DNA of 61,554 nucleotides from Acidimicrobiales bacterium (GCA_046596195.1 JBKJNA010000122.1:1-61554), one strand, 5' to 3'. Positions 10,163 through 20,399 are shown, numbered from the stretch's first letter. Numbers and translations are program-made. The notes: a model not told the origin generated them from the letters alone.

Positions 10163-11455
10163 ATGCTCGGAAGTCTGAAGAATATGTTCAAGGTCCCGGA
10201 CCTTCGGAACAAGATCTTCTTCACGCTGTTCATCATCTGCCTCTACCGGCTCGGCTCCCACGTGCCGGTGCCCGGCATCGACTTCGACGCCGTCCAGCGC
10301 CTGCAGGACGCCTCGAAGGCCGGCGGTGTCCTCGGGTTCCTGAACCTGTTCTCCGGCGGGGCGCTCACCCGTTTCGCCGTGTTCGGCCTCGGGATCATGC
10401 CCTACATCACCAGCTCGATCATCGTGCAGCTGCTGGGCGTGGTGATCCCCAAGCTGGAGCAGTGGCGCAACGAGGGTGCCGTCGGCCAGCGCAAGATCAC
10501 CCAGACGACCCGCTACCTCACGGTGGCGCTGGCGATCATGCAGTCCACCGGCCTGGCCTTCGTGTTCCACCGGGGCGGGCAGGGCTTCAACGTGAGCGGC
10601 GACATCGACCTGATCCCCAACTTCACCGTGCCCCGCGTGCTGCTGGTGGTCCTGTCGATGACGGCCGGCACCGCCTTCGTCATGTGGCTCGGCGAGCTCA
10701 TCACCCAGCGGGGGATCGGCCAGGGCATGTCGATCATCATCTTCGCCAACGTCGTGTCGGGCATGCCGGCCGGCGGCGCCGCGGTGCGGGCCGAGGGTGG
10801 CAACTTCAAGTTCGGCATCATCATCGCCCTCACTCTCGCCCTCCTGGTTGCCATCGTCTTCATCGAGCAGGGCCAGCGCCGCATCCCCGTCCAGTTCGCC
10901 AAGCGGGTCGTCGGCCGGCGGATGTACGGCGGCCAGAGCACCTACATCCCGCTGAAGGTGAACCAGTCGGGCGTCATCCCGATCATCTTCGCCAGCTCGG
11001 TCCTGTACTTCCCGGCCCTCCTGTCGAACGTGGTGCCGTGGGAGGGCGTGCAGAGCTTCATCAACAACAACCTGATCCAGCCCACCAGCCTCACGTACAT
11101 CGGCCTCTACGGCGTGCTGATCGTGCTCTTCGCCTACTTCTACACGGCCATCGCGTTCGACCCGCACCAGCGGGCGGACGAGATCCGCAAGCAGGGCGGG
11201 TACATCCCCGGCATCCGGCCCGGCCTGCCCACCGAGCGCCATCTGGCCGGCATCCTCAACCGCATCACGCTTCCCGGATCGCTGTTCCTCGCCTTCATCG
11301 CCCTGCTCCCGTCGATCTTCCTCGCCGCCTGGGACATCACGAACTACCCGTTCGCAGGTACCACGCTGCTGATCGCCGTCGGGGTGGCCCTGGAGACGAT
11401 GAAGCAGATCGACAGCCAGCTGATGATGCGGAACTACGAGGGCTTCCTGAAGTAG
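10163..11455 (+). CDS. secY: Preprotein translocase subunit SecY
   Basis: ORF track, 430 aa, polytopic membrane protein: ...LRNKIFFTLFIICLYRLGSHVPVPGID...GIMPYITSSIIVQLL.... Confidence 0.97.
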   Translation: MLGSLKNMFKVPDLRNKIFFTLFIICLYRLGSHVPVPGIDFDAVQRLQDASKAGGVLGFLNLFSGGALTRFAVFGLGIMPYITSSIIVQLLGVVIPKLEQWRNEGAVGQRKITQTTRYLTVALAIMQSTGLAFVFHRGGQGFNVSGDIDLIPNFTVPRVLLVVLSMTAGTAFVMWLGELITQRGIGQGMSIIIFANVVSGMPAGGAAVRAEGGNFKFGIIIALTLALLVAIVFIEQGQRRIPVQFAKRVVGRRMYGGQSTYIPLKVNQSGVIPIIFASSVLYFPALLSNVVPWEGVQSFINNNLIQPTSLTYIGLYGVLIVLFAYFYTAIAFDPHQRADEIRKQGGYIPGIRPGLPTERHLAGILNRITLPGSLFLAFIALLPSIFLAAWDITNYPFAGTTLLIAVGVALETMKQIDSQLMMRNYEGFLK

Positions 11456-12136
11456 GTGGTCACTCGCGGCCCGAGGCTCGTGATTCTCGGCAAGCAGGGC
11501 GCCGGCAAGGGCACGCAGTGTGTGCGGCTCTCACGCCACTACCTGATCCCGCACATCTCGAGCGGGGACATGTTCCGGGCCGAGCTGAAGTCGGGCTCCG
11601 ATGCGGGCCGACGGCTGAACAGGTTCATGAAGGCGGGCGAGCTCATCCCCGACGACGTGGTCATCGAGGTGATGGTCCACCGCCTCGAGCAGGACGGAAC
11701 ACGTGACAAGGGCTTCATCCTCGACGGCTTCCCCCGCACCACCGCCCAGGCCGAGGCTCTGTTCGACTACCTCGACAAGTCTGAGCTGAACATGGCCATC
11801 GACCTCCAGGTGCCCACCGATGTCGTCCTCCACCGCCTGGCCGGGCGACGGGTGTGCACGGACTGCGGGCAGAACTACGGCCTCGGCAGGATCCCCAAGC
11901 ACGAGGGCGTCTGCGACCGCTGTGGTGGCGAGGTCATCCAGCGGGAGGACGATACCGAGGAGGCGATCAGCCGGCGCCTCAACCTCTACGAGCAGGAGAC
12001 GGAGCCGCTCATCGCCTGGTACCTCACCCGCGACAAGCTGGTGACCGTGGACGGTCTCAACGAGCCGGACCTGGTCACCGATCGGCTGGTGCGGGCCATC
12101 GACCGGCGACTGGATCGGGTTCAGGTCCCCGAGTGA
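11456..12136 (+). CDS. adk: Adenylate kinase (zinc-lid type)
   Basis: ORF track, 226 aa. P-loop GKQGAGKGTQ. The lid carries CTDCG...CDRCGG. Confidence 0.95.
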   Translation: MVTRGPRLVILGKQGAGKGTQCVRLSRHYLIPHISSGDMFRAELKSGSDAGRRLNRFMKAGELIPDDVVIEVMVHRLEQDGTRDKGFILDGFPRTTAQAEALFDYLDKSELNMAIDLQVPTDVVLHRLAGRRVCTDCGQNYGLGRIPKHEGVCDRCGGEVIQREDDTEEAISRRLNLYEQETEPLIAWYLTRDKLVTVDGLNEPDLVTDRLVRAIDRRLDRVQVPE

Positions 12137-12158
12137 TGCAGGCGATGGCGGTGACACT

Positions 12159-12902
12159 GTGAAGCGCAACAAGGAGGAGATCGGGCGTATGCGCCGGGCC
12201 GGCCGGGTGGTGGCCGAGATGCACGAGCGCACCCGCCAGGCGGCCCGCCCGGGCGCCACCACCGCCGATCTCGATCGGGTGGCCCGCGAGGTCCTGGAGC
12301 GGCGCAACGCCCGTTCGAACTTCCTCAACTACCACGGCTTCCCGGCCGTCATCTGCACGTCGCCCAACGACATGATCGTGCACGGGATCCCCGGCTCCTA
12401 CGTCCTGCAGGAGGGTGACATCCTCTCGATCGACTGCGGCGCGATCATCGAGGGCTATCACGCGGATGCCGCCTTCACCATGCCGATCGGCGATGTGGGC
12501 CCGGAGGCGTTGAAGCTCATCGCCACCACCGAGGAGAGCCTGCGGGCGGGCATCGCCACCATGATCGACGGCAACCGCCTGAGCGACATCGGCCACGCCG
12601 TGCAGACGGTGGCCGAGGCGGGCGGCTACTCGGTGGTGCGGGAGTACGTGGGCCACGCCATCGGCACCGCCATGCACGAGGAGCCCCAGGTGCCCAATTA
12701 CGGGCCGCCGGGCAAGGGGCCGAAGCTGCGGGTAGGCATGGTGTTCGCCGTCGAGCCGATGGTGAACCTGGGCGGCGCCGGCACCAGGGTGCTCGACGAC
12801 AACTGGAGCGTGGTGACGGCCGATGGCAGCCTGTCGGCCCACGCCGAGCACACCATCGCCATCCTCGACGACGGGCCCGAGGTCCTCACCGTCCTCGACT
12901 GA
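12159..12902 (+). CDS. map: Type I methionine aminopeptidase
   Basis: ORF track, 247 aa, with ...[14 protein letters not shown]...[22 protein letters not shown]...HAEHTIAI.... Confidence 0.96.
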   Translation: MKRNKEEIGRMRRAGRVVAEMHERTRQAARPGATTADLDRVAREVLERRNARSNFLNYHGFPAVICTSPNDMIVHGIPGSYVLQEGDILSIDCGAIIEGYHADAAFTMPIGDVGPEALKLIATTEESLRAGIATMIDGNRLSDIGHAVQTVAEAGGYSVVREYVGHAIGTAMHEEPQVPNYGPPGKGPKLRVGMVFAVEPMVNLGGAGTRVLDDNWSVVTADGSLSAHAEHTIAILDDGPEVLTVLD

Positions 12903-12934
12903 GAGGTTGGGGAGGTCGCCGCAGGCGAGCGTGC

Positions 12935-12976
12935 GGGCCGGACCGCCTGGGCCGGACCGCCTGGGCCGGACCGCCC
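12935..12976. repeat. Tandem 14-bp repeat, 3 copies (GGGCCGGACCGCCT)
   Basis: Copies at 12935-12948 and 12949-12962 are identical; the third copy (12963-12976) ends in C instead of T. It lies in the map-infA spacer. Confidence 0.9.
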
Positions 12977-12998
12977 GGCGGCGCCAGCGCAGTTCCTG

Positions 12999-13033
12999 AG
13001 CGATCTGTGCCCGGTTACCGGATACAGATCGCT
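12999..13033. repeat. Extended imperfect palindrome/hairpin in map-infA spacer
   Basis: AGCGATCTGT (12999-13008) pairs with ACAGATCGCT (13024-13033). There is also an inner CCGGT/ACCGG pairing. No T-run follows. Confidence 0.6.
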
Positions 13034-13204
13034 TCGGAATCCCTGCGCTCACGGCCGTCCCTCGGTCCCCGGTCGGAGGGTGCGGGTGGGCGGGTTTCTT
13101 CTTGCCGGGCGCATAAGCTACGCTTGACGTTCGGCCCGAGTCCTGTTGGCAGGTTCAGCGCGGGGCGCGCCGGAGAAGCACGAGTTTCGCAACGAGGAGT
13201 TCAT

Positions 13205-13429
13205 CTGCCCAAGCCCAAAGAAGACGCGATCGTGCTCGAAGGCACGGTCATCGAGCCGCTGCCGAACGCCATGTTCAAGGTGGAGCTCGAGAACGGCCAC
13301 AAGGTGCTGGCTCACAGTTCCGGCAAGATGCGCATGCACCGCATCCGCATCCTCCCCGGCGATCGCGTGCAGGTGGAGATCACTCCCTACGACCTATCCC
13401 GCGGACGAATCACCTACAGGTACAAGTGA
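13205..13429 (+). CDS. infA: Translation initiation factor IF-1 (apparent CTG start)
   Basis: Sequence ...[73 protein letters not shown]. There is no in-frame ATG/GTG/TTG near the conserved N-terminus. The CTG at 13205 lies 5 nt after GAGGAG (13194-13199). Confidence 0.8.
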   Translation: MPKPKEDAIVLEGTVIEPLPNAMFKVELENGHKVLAHSSGKMRMHRIRILPGDRVQVEITPYDLSRGRITYRYK

Positions 13430-13542
13430 TGAAAGTACGACCGAGCGTCAAGACCATGTGTGAGAAGTGCAAGGTGATCCGCCGTCACGGCCGGGTCATG
13501 GTGATCTGCACCAACCTCCGCCACAAGCAGCGACAGGGCTAG
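13429..13542 (+). CDS. rpmJ: 50S ribosomal protein L36 (zinc-binding form)
   Basis: Translated by hand because it is below the ORF-track size cutoff: [37 protein letters not shown], stop TAG at 13540-13542. The ATG shares one nt with the infA TGA. Confidence 0.92.
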   Translation: MKVRPSVKTMCEKCKVIRRHGRVMVICTNLRHKQRQG

Positions 13543-13550
13543 GAGCGCCA

Positions 13551-13928
13551 GTGGCACGAATCGCCGGAGTCGACATCCCGCGGGAGAAGCGGCTCGAGAT
13601 CTCGCTCACCTACATCTTCGGGGTGGGTCGCACCACGGCCAAGAAGGTGTGCGCCGAGACCGGGATGAACCTCGACACCCGCGTGCGCGACCTCACCGAC
13701 GAGGAGGTGGCGCGCCTGCGCAACTGGATCGACGCCAACCTCAAGGTCGAGGGCGACCTGCGGCGCGACATCCAGCAGGACATCAAGCGCAAGATGGAGA
13801 TCGGCTCCTACCAGGGCATCCGGCACCGCCGCGGCCTGCCCGTGCGGGGCCAGCGCACCCATACCAACGCCCGTACACGAAAGGGCCCGAAGAAGACCGT
13901 GGCCGGGAAGAAGAAGGTGCGCAAGTAA
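13551..13928 (+). CDS. rpsM: 30S ribosomal protein S13
   Basis: GTG at 13551 in the frame of ORF 13467-13928: [26 protein letters not shown]...[13 protein letters not shown]. Confidence 0.96.
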   Translation: MARIAGVDIPREKRLEISLTYIFGVGRTTAKKVCAETGMNLDTRVRDLTDEEVARLRNWIDANLKVEGDLRRDIQQDIKRKMEIGSYQGIRHRRGLPVRGQRTHTNARTRKGPKKTVAGKKKVRK

Positions 13929-14327
13929 ATGGCAAAGCCCAAGCCTGGAGGCCGGCGTCCCCGCCGCCGCGAGCGCAAGAACGTCGCCTTCGGCGTCGCC
14001 CACATCAAGAGCTCGTTCAACAACACGATCGTCTCTATCAGTGACATGGAGGGCAACATCATCGCCTGGGCGTCCGCCGGAAACGTCGGCTTCAAGGGCT
14101 CCCGCAAGTCGACGCCCTTCGCCGCCCAGCTGGCTGCCGAGGCGTGCGCCCGCCGTGCCATGGAGCACGGCATGCGCAAGGTCGACGTGTTGGTGAAGGG
14201 CCCCGGGTCAGGCCGGGAGACGGCCATCCGGTCGCTCCAGCAGACCGGCCTCGAGGTCTCCGGCATCAAGGACGTCACGCCCATCCCGCACAACGGCTGC
14301 CGCCCCAAGAAGCGGCGCCGGGTCTAA
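13929..14327 (+). CDS. rpsK: 30S ribosomal protein S11
   Basis: ORF track, 132 aa, with ...[20 protein letters not shown]...[14 protein letters not shown].... Confidence 0.97.
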   Translation: MAKPKPGGRRPRRRERKNVAFGVAHIKSSFNNTIVSISDMEGNIIAWASAGNVGFKGSRKSTPFAAQLAAEACARRAMEHGMRKVDVLVKGPGSGRETAIRSLQQTGLEVSGIKDVTPIPHNGCRPKKRRRV

Positions 14328-14345
14328 AGGGAAGAGAACAGAGAC

Positions 14346-14972
14346 ATGGCTCGTTACACCGGTCCCGTCTGCCGCCTGTGCCGGCGGGAGAAGATGAAGC
14401 TCTTCCTCAAGGGCCCCAAGTGCGACACGATGAAGTGTCCCATCGAGCGCCGCCCCTACCCCCCGGGTGAGCACGGGCGCGACCGCATGCGCCAGGGCTC
14501 GGAGTACCTGGGCCAGCTGCGCGAGAAGCAGAAGGCCCGCCGCATCTACGGCGTCCTCGAGAAGCAGTTCGCCAACCTCTACGTGGAAGCCACCCGCATG
14601 TCGGGCATCACGGGCGAGAACCTGCTCCGGATGTTGGAGCTGCGCCTCGACAATGTGGTGTTCCGGGCCGGGTGGGGCTCCAGCCGCAGCCAGTCCCGCC
14701 AGTTCGTACGCCACGGCCACGTGCTCGTCAACGGCAAGCGGGTCGACATCCCGAGCTACCGGGTGAAGAAGGGTGACACGGTGGCGCTGAAGGCGAAGTC
14801 CCGCGAGATGATCGTGATCCGCCACAACGTCGACACCCTCGACCGCCAGGTGCCGCCGTGGCTGGAGGCAGGCGACGGCGGCTTCGAGGTCGCCGTGCGC
14901 GATCTGCCCCTGCGCGAGCACATCGACGTCCCGGTCCGTGAGCAGCTGATCGTGGAGCTGTACTCGAAGTAG
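14346..14972 (+). CDS. rpsD: 30S ribosomal protein S4
   Basis: ORF track, 208 aa: [26 protein letters not shown]...[13 protein letters not shown]. Confidence 0.97.
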   Translation: MARYTGPVCRLCRREKMKLFLKGPKCDTMKCPIERRPYPPGEHGRDRMRQGSEYLGQLREKQKARRIYGVLEKQFANLYVEATRMSGITGENLLRMLELRLDNVVFRAGWGSSRSQSRQFVRHGHVLVNGKRVDIPSYRVKKGDTVALKAKSREMIVIRHNVDTLDRQVPPWLEAGDGGFEVAVRDLPLREHIDVPVREQLIVELYSK

Positions 14973-15060
14973 TCAGTGCCCGGGCCGGCCGCAGTCGGCG
15001 CCGGGGTCATCGCAACAGCACGCCGAGGAGCGAGGGCTCCGACGCCAAAGGAGTTCCCCT

Positions 15061-16005
15061 GTGTTGATCATCCAGCGCCCAACCGTCGAGGCGTTGTCCG
15101 AAGAGGACGCCAACCGCCAGTCGTTCGCCATCGGGCCCTTGGAGCCGGGCTTCGGCCACACCATCGGCAACTCGCTGCGCCGCACGCTGCTGTCGGCCAT
15201 CCCCGGCGCAGCCGCCACCCAGATCCGCTTCGACGACGCCCTCCACGAGTTCACCACCCTGCCGGGCGTGAAGGAGGACGTCACCGACCTCATCCTGAAC
15301 CTGAAGGACCTGGTCCTGCGGGTCGACGGCGACGAGGACGTCACCCTGCGCATCGACGTTCGGGGCCCCGCCTCTGTCACCGCCCGGGACATCCAGCCGG
15401 CCAACGACGTCGAGGTCCTCAACCCCGACCTGCACATCGCCACGCTGAACTCCAAGGGCCGCCTGGCCCTCGACATCTTCGTGGAGAAGGGCCGGGGCTA
15501 CGTCTCGGCCGACAAGAACAAGCGGTCGGCCACCATCGGCGTGCTGCCGGTCGACTCGATCTTCTCACCGGTCCGCCGGGTCGCCTTCACCATCGAGCCG
15601 ACCCGGGTGGAGCAGTCCACCAACTTCGACCGCCTGGTGCTCGACATCGAGACCGACGGCTCCATCTCCCCCAGGGAGGCGCTGGCATCGGCCGGGGAAA
15701 CCCTGCGGTCGCTGGTGGGCCTGGTGGCCGAGATGAGCGACAGCCCCCAGGGCCTCGAGCTGGGCGACGTGAGCGCGGCCAGCACCGGGTCGCCCGACCT
15801 CGACCTGCCGATCGAGGACCTCGACCTGTCCGAGCGTCCCCGCAACTGCCTCAAGCGGGCCCAGGTCAACACGGTCGGCGAACTGGTCCTGAAGACGGTC
15901 GACGACCTGCTGGCCATCACCAACTTCGGGCAGAAGTCGCTCGACGAAGTGCTCGTGAAGCTCGACGAGCGGGGCCTGGCCCTGCGCACCAAGGGCGGGG
16001 AGTAG
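15061..16005 (+). CDS. rpoA: DNA-directed RNA polymerase subunit alpha
   Basis: ORF track, 314 aa, with ...[27 protein letters not shown]...; the C-terminal domain contains ...[21 protein letters not shown].... Confidence 0.97.
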   Translation: MLIIQRPTVEALSEEDANRQSFAIGPLEPGFGHTIGNSLRRTLLSAIPGAAATQIRFDDALHEFTTLPGVKEDVTDLILNLKDLVLRVDGDEDVTLRIDVRGPASVTARDIQPANDVEVLNPDLHIATLNSKGRLALDIFVEKGRGYVSADKNKRSATIGVLPVDSIFSPVRRVAFTIEPTRVEQSTNFDRLVLDIETDGSISPREALASAGETLRSLVGLVAEMSDSPQGLELGDVSAASTGSPDLDLPIEDLDLSERPRNCLKRAQVNTVGELVLKTVDDLLAITNFGQKSLDEVLVKLDERGLALRTKGGE

Positions 16006-16009
16006 CCGT

Positions 16010-16369
16010 ATGGGCGTGCCCGGGACACCGAAGAAGGGCCGCCGCCTCGGCGGCAGCGCCGCCCACCAGAAGGCCATGCTCGGCAACCTGGTGGCATCGC
16101 TGATCGCGGCCGAGGCCGTGGTGACCACCGAGGCCAAGGCCAAGCAGCTGCGGCCCGTGGCCGAGAAGGTGATTACCAAGGCAAAGAAGGGCGGCGTGCA
16201 CCGTCACCGCCAGGTCGTGTCGTTCATCCGTGACAAGGACATGGCCCACAAGCTGTTCGAGGAGATCGGCCCCCGCTACGAGGACCGCCCGGGTGGCTAC
16301 ACCCGCATCCTCAAGCTGGGCCCCCGCCACGGGGACAATGCCCCCATGGCCCGCATCGAACTGGTGTGA
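16010..16369 (+). CDS. rplQ: 50S ribosomal protein L17
   Basis: ORF track, 119 aa, with ...[20 protein letters not shown]...[25 protein letters not shown]. Confidence 0.96.
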   Translation: MGVPGTPKKGRRLGGSAAHQKAMLGNLVASLIAAEAVVTTEAKAKQLRPVAEKVITKAKKGGVHRHRQVVSFIRDKDMAHKLFEEIGPRYEDRPGGYTRILKLGPRHGDNAPMARIELV

Positions 16370-17250
16370 GTTTGTTCGATCAGGAGTCGGCGGACATCGG
16401 TCCGCCGGCGCCGGTCGAGCAGGAGGCGCCGCCGCCGGTCGAGGGCGCGGCTGTACAGCAATCGCCGCCGCCCCGGGCCGGCCCCACCACGCGGGTACGC
16501 CTCACGGTGGCCTACGACGGCAGCGGGTTCCGGGGCTTCGCCCCCAACCTGGGCGTGCGCACGGTGGCCGGCGACATGGCCGGCGCCACCGGGCGCGTCC
16601 TCGGCGCCGAGGTGTCGCTCACCTGCGCCGGCCGCACCGACGCCGGTGTGCACGCCTGGGGCCAGGTGGTGCACTTCGACGTGCCGGGCGAGCCGGACCT
16701 CGTCGCCCTCCAGCGCTCGCTGAACAAGATGCTGGGCCCCGCCGTGGTGGTGCGCGACGCGGCCATCGCGGCCGAGGGCTTCGACGCCCGCCACTCGGCC
16801 ACCGGCCGCCGCTACCGGTACACGGTGCTGAACCGGGTCCTTCCCGACCCGTTCCTGGCGTCCACCACCTGGCACGTGGACGACCCCCTCGACCTCGGCT
16901 CGATGACGCTGGCGTGCGATCCGCTCATCGGTGAGCACGACTGGTCGTCGTTCTGCAAGCGCCCGCCCGGCCCCGACCCCGAGCGCGGCCCCCGGTCGAT
17001 GGTGCGGGTGGTGCGGGAGGCTGCGTGGACGGACCTGGGTGAAGGCGTCCTGCGCTTCGAGATCGAGGCGTCGGCCTTCTGCCACCAGATGGTGCGGTCG
17101 CTGGTGGGCACCCTGGTGGCGGTGGGCCGGGGGAAGGTGCGGGCGGGCGACATCGGCGCCCTGATCCGCTCCCGCGACCGAGCCGAGGCAAGCGAGCCGG
17201 CGCCGCCCCACGGCCTGTGCCTGTGGGAGGTCACGTACGGCGGGAGTTGA
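16366..17250 (+). CDS. truA: tRNA pseudouridine(38-40) synthase TruA
   Basis: ORF track, 294 aa, with ...[15 protein letters not shown]...[18 protein letters not shown]...[11 protein letters not shown].... The N-terminal ~40 aa are Pro-rich, so the start is uncertain. Confidence 0.9.
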   Translation: MSLFDQESADIGPPAPVEQEAPPPVEGAAVQQSPPPRAGPTTRVRLTVAYDGSGFRGFAPNLGVRTVAGDMAGATGRVLGAEVSLTCAGRTDAGVHAWGQVVHFDVPGEPDLVALQRSLNKMLGPAVVVRDAAIAAEGFDARHSATGRRYRYTVLNRVLPDPFLASTTWHVDDPLDLGSMTLACDPLIGEHDWSSFCKRPPGPDPERGPRSMVRVVREAAWTDLGEGVLRFEIEASAFCHQMVRSLVGTLVAVGRGKVRAGDIGALIRSRDRAEASEPAPPHGLCLWEVTYGGS

Positions 17251-17320
17251 GGGTTTGGAAAGGCTCGAAAAGCCCGTAAGCTTGTTGTGGAGCACACCGG
17301 CGGGGGCTCGAGGAGGAGTA

Positions 17321-18163
17321 GTGGGCGGCACGGTTCGTATCGGGGGGCAGGCGCTGGCGGATGGCGTGCTCATGCGCACGAGTCGGGCGTGGGCGGTGGC
17401 CCGTGACGACGGCTCGGTGCAGGTCGGCGCCCTGGCGCCCCGCCGCACGGCCAACATCCCGGTGCTGCGCTTCCTCGTCGGGCTGGCCGGCGGTATGCGT
17501 CTGGCTGTCGGCCGGGGCATGCTCGGCCGGGGCGCCGGCGCCGCCGTCGCCACCCGGGCCAAGCGTCGCAACGGGCGGTTCCTGTGGGCTGTCCTTGCGG
17601 TCGAGATCGTCGGCCTGTCCTTCTCGTTCGTGGTCGACGGGCGGACGCTGCCGCTGTGGGCCGGCATCGCCGCCACCGCCGGTCCATGGGTCATGGCCTT
17701 CGCCGTGCTCCGGCTGCTGGCGCCCGGTTCGCTGTGGCGGTACCACGGGGCCGAGCACAAGGCGGTCGCCGCCCACGAGGCGGGTGTCGCCATGGACGAC
17801 GTGCGGACCGTGCTGGCCGCGCCCCGGGTCCACGACCGGTGCGGCACCAACCTGGTCTTCCTGGCCATGATCGGCGGCCTCGCAGTCGGTGGCCTGCCCG
17901 CCGCCTTCCAGGTCCCCGCCTTCGTGCTGCTCCTGGCCACGACGGCCGAGGCGGTGACGCAGGCCGCGGGCCGCCCCCGGTCGCCGCTGAGCCGGCTGGT
18001 ACTGGCCGGCGGGCGGGCCCTCCAGCGCTACGTCACCACGGCCGAGCCCACCACCGCTGAGCAGGCCGTCGGCTGCCGGGCCCTCGCTGCGTGCCTGGCG
18101 CTCCACGAGCAGCTGGCTGCATCGCCCGGCACCGGGACCGCCGAGGTACTCGCCGCCGCTTGA
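17321..18163 (+). CDS. DUF1385-family membrane-associated protein
   Basis: Frame of ORF 17255-18163. The GTG at 17321 is preceded by AGGAGGA (17311-17317). Motifs: GGQALADGVLMR, WRYHGAEHKAV, HDRCGTNLVF. Confidence 0.8.
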   Translation: MGGTVRIGGQALADGVLMRTSRAWAVARDDGSVQVGALAPRRTANIPVLRFLVGLAGGMRLAVGRGMLGRGAGAAVATRAKRRNGRFLWAVLAVEIVGLSFSFVVDGRTLPLWAGIAATAGPWVMAFAVLRLLAPGSLWRYHGAEHKAVAAHEAGVAMDDVRTVLAAPRVHDRCGTNLVFLAMIGGLAVGGLPAAFQVPAFVLLLATTAEAVTQAAGRPRSPLSRLVLAGGRALQRYVTTAEPTTAEQAVGCRALAACLALHEQLAASPGTGTAEVLAAA

Positions 18164-18164
18164 G

Positions 18165-18584
18165 TCCGCCGAGTTTTCATCACTCGACGCACTGGCGCTG
18201 CATGCAGGGACGGTCGATGCAGCCGGATGGGTCGACACCCTGGCCGGCGCGGCACGCTCGGGAGTGCCGGCCCTTGGTTCGCCCGCGCCCGATGGGCCGC
18301 CGGGCGCCGTGTGGAACGGCGTCCTCTGCGCGCTGGCTGTGCGGACGTGGGATGCGGTCGACCGCGTCGAGGCGGTGGCAGGGCCCGGCCACCGGCTGGT
18401 CGTGTTCGGCGGTGGCGGCCGCAGCCGCCCGTGGCTGGAGCGCAAAGCGGCCGCCGGTCGCCTGCCGGTCCTGCGGTCCACCGCGGGCGAACCGGCCGCG
18501 CGCGGCGCCGCTCTCTTCGCCGGCGTGGCCGCCGGCTGGTGGCAGAAGGTCGACGCCGCCCCCACGGGCCTCGAGCCGATCTGA
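18165..18584 (+). pseudogene. C-terminal fragment of an FGGY-family carbohydrate kinase (no N-terminal domain present)
   Basis: The open frame reads ...LDALALHAGT...VVFGGGGRSRPWLERKAAAGRLPVLRSTAGEPAARGAALFAGVAAGWW.... This resembles the FGGY C-terminal domain. The frame opens immediately after the preceding gene's stop, so no room is left for the N-terminal domain. Confidence 0.45.
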
Positions 18585-18602
18585 CCGGCCTGCGGGCCGG
18601 AA

Positions 18603-19805
18603 TCAGCGGCCCTGCTCGACCCGGTAGCCGGCGCCGGCGAGGGCGAGTACGACCTGGTGGCGGTGCTCGGCGTCGCGGGTCTGGAGGGTGAGCATGACCT
18701 CGACCTCGTCGAGGGCGAGGTCCACCCCGGCCCGGTGGTGCTCCACATCGAGCACGTTGAGGCCGAGGCGGGCGACATCGCTGGTGAGCGAGGCGAGGGC
18801 GCCGGGGTGGTCGGGGAGCACGATGCGCAGGATCAGGTACCGGCCCGATGCCGACAGGCCGTGGTCGATCAGCTTGATGAGCAGCTGGGGATCGACGTTG
18901 CCGCCCGACAGCACGGCTACGACCGGCCCGTCGCCGCCGACGCTGCCGTTCAGCACGGCGGCCAGGGCCACCGCGCCGGACGGCTCCACCACCGCCTTGG
19001 CCCGCTCGAGCAGCAGGAGGACCGCCGCGCTGATCTCCTCCTCGGTCACCGACACGACGTCGTCCACGAACGCCCTGACATGCTCCAGGGTCAGCTCGGA
19101 CGCCGACTTCACGGCGATGCCGTCCGCCATGGTGGAGAGCACCGGCACGGGCACGCAGCGACCCGCATCGAGGGCAGCGCGCATACTGGCGGCGCCCGCC
19201 GCCTCCACACCGACCACCCTCGTGCCCGGTCGCACGCCGGACAGGGCAGCCGCTATGCCCGAGATGAGGCCGCCACCGCCGACCGGCACCACGACGGTCG
19301 AGGCCTCGGGCGCCTCCTCGGCGATCTCGAGGCCGATCGTGCCCTGTCCGGCGATGACGAGGAGGTTGTCGAACGGAGGCACGAACACGGCCCCGGTCGT
19401 GGCTGCGTGGTCGCGGGCGGCGGCGATGCAGTCGTCCACCGAGTCGCCCGTGAGGCGCACGTCGGCGCCGTACCCCCGGGTGGCCTCCACCTTGGGCAGC
19501 GATGCCACGACGGGCATGAACACCGTGGCCCGCCGGCCGGTGAGGGAGGCGGCCAGGGCGACGCCCTGTGCGTGGTTCCCGGCCGAGCCCGCCACCACGT
19601 CGGTGACGGCAGGGGCGAGGGCGGCCAGGAAGTTGTACGCCCCGCGGATCTTGAACGAGCCGGTGCGCTGGAGGTGCTCGGGTTTGAGCAGGACGGGCCG
19701 ACCCGCCAGCCGGGACAGTGCGTCCGATCGGTTGACAGGGGTGGGTCGTATCACGCCGGCAACCCGGGCCCTGGCCGCGTCGACGTCGGCCGGGCCGATC
19801 ACCAC
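18603..19805 (-). CDS. ilvA: Threonine ammonia-lyase (threonine dehydratase), short form with one C-terminal regulatory domain
   Basis: ORF track, 400 aa, with the PLP-lysine motif ...HLQRTGSFKIRGAYN..., GNHAQGVA, and an ACT-like tail. Confidence 0.9.
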   Translation of the reverse strand: MVIGPADVDAARARVAGVIRPTPVNRSDALSRLAGRPVLLKPEHLQRTGSFKIRGAYNFLAALAPAVTDVVAGSAGNHAQGVALAASLTGRRATVFMPVVASLPKVEATRGYGADVRLTGDSVDDCIAAARDHAATTGAVFVPPFDNLLVIAGQGTIGLEIAEEAPEASTVVVPVGGGGLISGIAAALSGVRPGTRVVGVEAAGAASMRAALDAGRCVPVPVLSTMADGIAVKSASELTLEHVRAFVDDVVSVTEEEISAAVLLLLERAKAVVEPSGAVALAAVLNGSVGGDGPVVAVLSGGNVDPQLLIKLIDHGLSASGRYLILRIVLPDHPGALASLTSDVARLGLNVLDVEHHRAGVDLALDEVEVMLTLQTRDAEHRHQVVLALAGAGYRVEQGR

Positions 19806-19897
19806 CGGAGGCTACCGGCGGACCGGCGCCTGTCGTCCGGCCAGGAGTCGGCCGTCATCGCACGGCCCCTTCCAACCCGTCCCGTTGAGGCGCTGGG

Positions 19898-20320
19898 TCA
19901 GCCCGTGAGGTCCTGGGTGAGTGCAGCGCGGGCGTACCGGCGGTCGGCGCCGAGGCCGACGAGGAGCCACAGCGCCCCGTCGATCACGGCGCGGCCGGCG
20001 GCATTGTCGAGCGCTACCTGGGCGATGTACGCGTGGCCTCCCCACCAACCGAGTGCGAGGGCGTAGCCCAGGAGCAGTCCGGCCGCCACCGTGGCGATGC
20101 CCTGCCTGCCGTCCGGCCCGTGGAGGTGCGGGGCCATTGCGCGGACGGTGAGCACCAGCAGCATCGTCACCAGCGCGGCGCGCATGACGACAGCCGTGGT
20201 CGTCGAATCGACCGCCAGCGCAATAGTGGTCGAGATCAACAGCAGCACGAATCCGCTCACGCCGGTGATCAGACCGAGGCGAACCGAGGGGCCCACTGCG
20301 ATCCCTTCCCTATCCGCCAC
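19898..20320 (-). CDS. Hypothetical integral membrane protein (about 4 TM helices)
   Basis: C-terminal 140 aa of ORF 19898-20503, from the GTG at 20320: VADREGIAVGPSVRLGLITGVSGFVLLLIS.... G/C at third codon positions is high. The start is uncertain (20401 or 20503 are alternatives). Confidence 0.5.
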   Translation of the reverse strand: MADREGIAVGPSVRLGLITGVSGFVLLLISTTIALAVDSTTTAVVMRAALVTMLLVLTVRAMAPHLHGPDGRQGIATVAAGLLLGYALALGWWGGHAYIAQVALDNAAGRAVIDGALWLLVGLGADRRYARAALTQDLTG

Positions 20321-20399
20321 ACTCGCTGCGGGCCACCCACGACGTCCCGTCCCACGACGCCGGGGGCAGGGCGGGCAGACCACCGCTGAGTACACCGCC

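Noticed and set aside
12935-12976. Possible CRISPR-like array (also considered for 54108-54156)
   Set aside because: The units are only 14 bp and directly abutting, with no spacers. These are simple tandem repeats, not CRISPR.
13007-13204. N-terminal 66-aa extension of infA suggested by the ORF track (GTG 13007)
   Set aside because: The extension has no similarity to IF-1. It runs through the palindrome and non-coding-looking spacer and lacks a ribosome-binding site. The conserved protein begins right after a strong GAGGAG at 13194-13199.
17231-18778. 515-aa minus-strand ORF across the DUF1385 gene and FGGY remnant
   Set aside because: It is antisense to a motif-bearing gene. The composition is Pro/Ala/Ser/Arg-rich with no domains.
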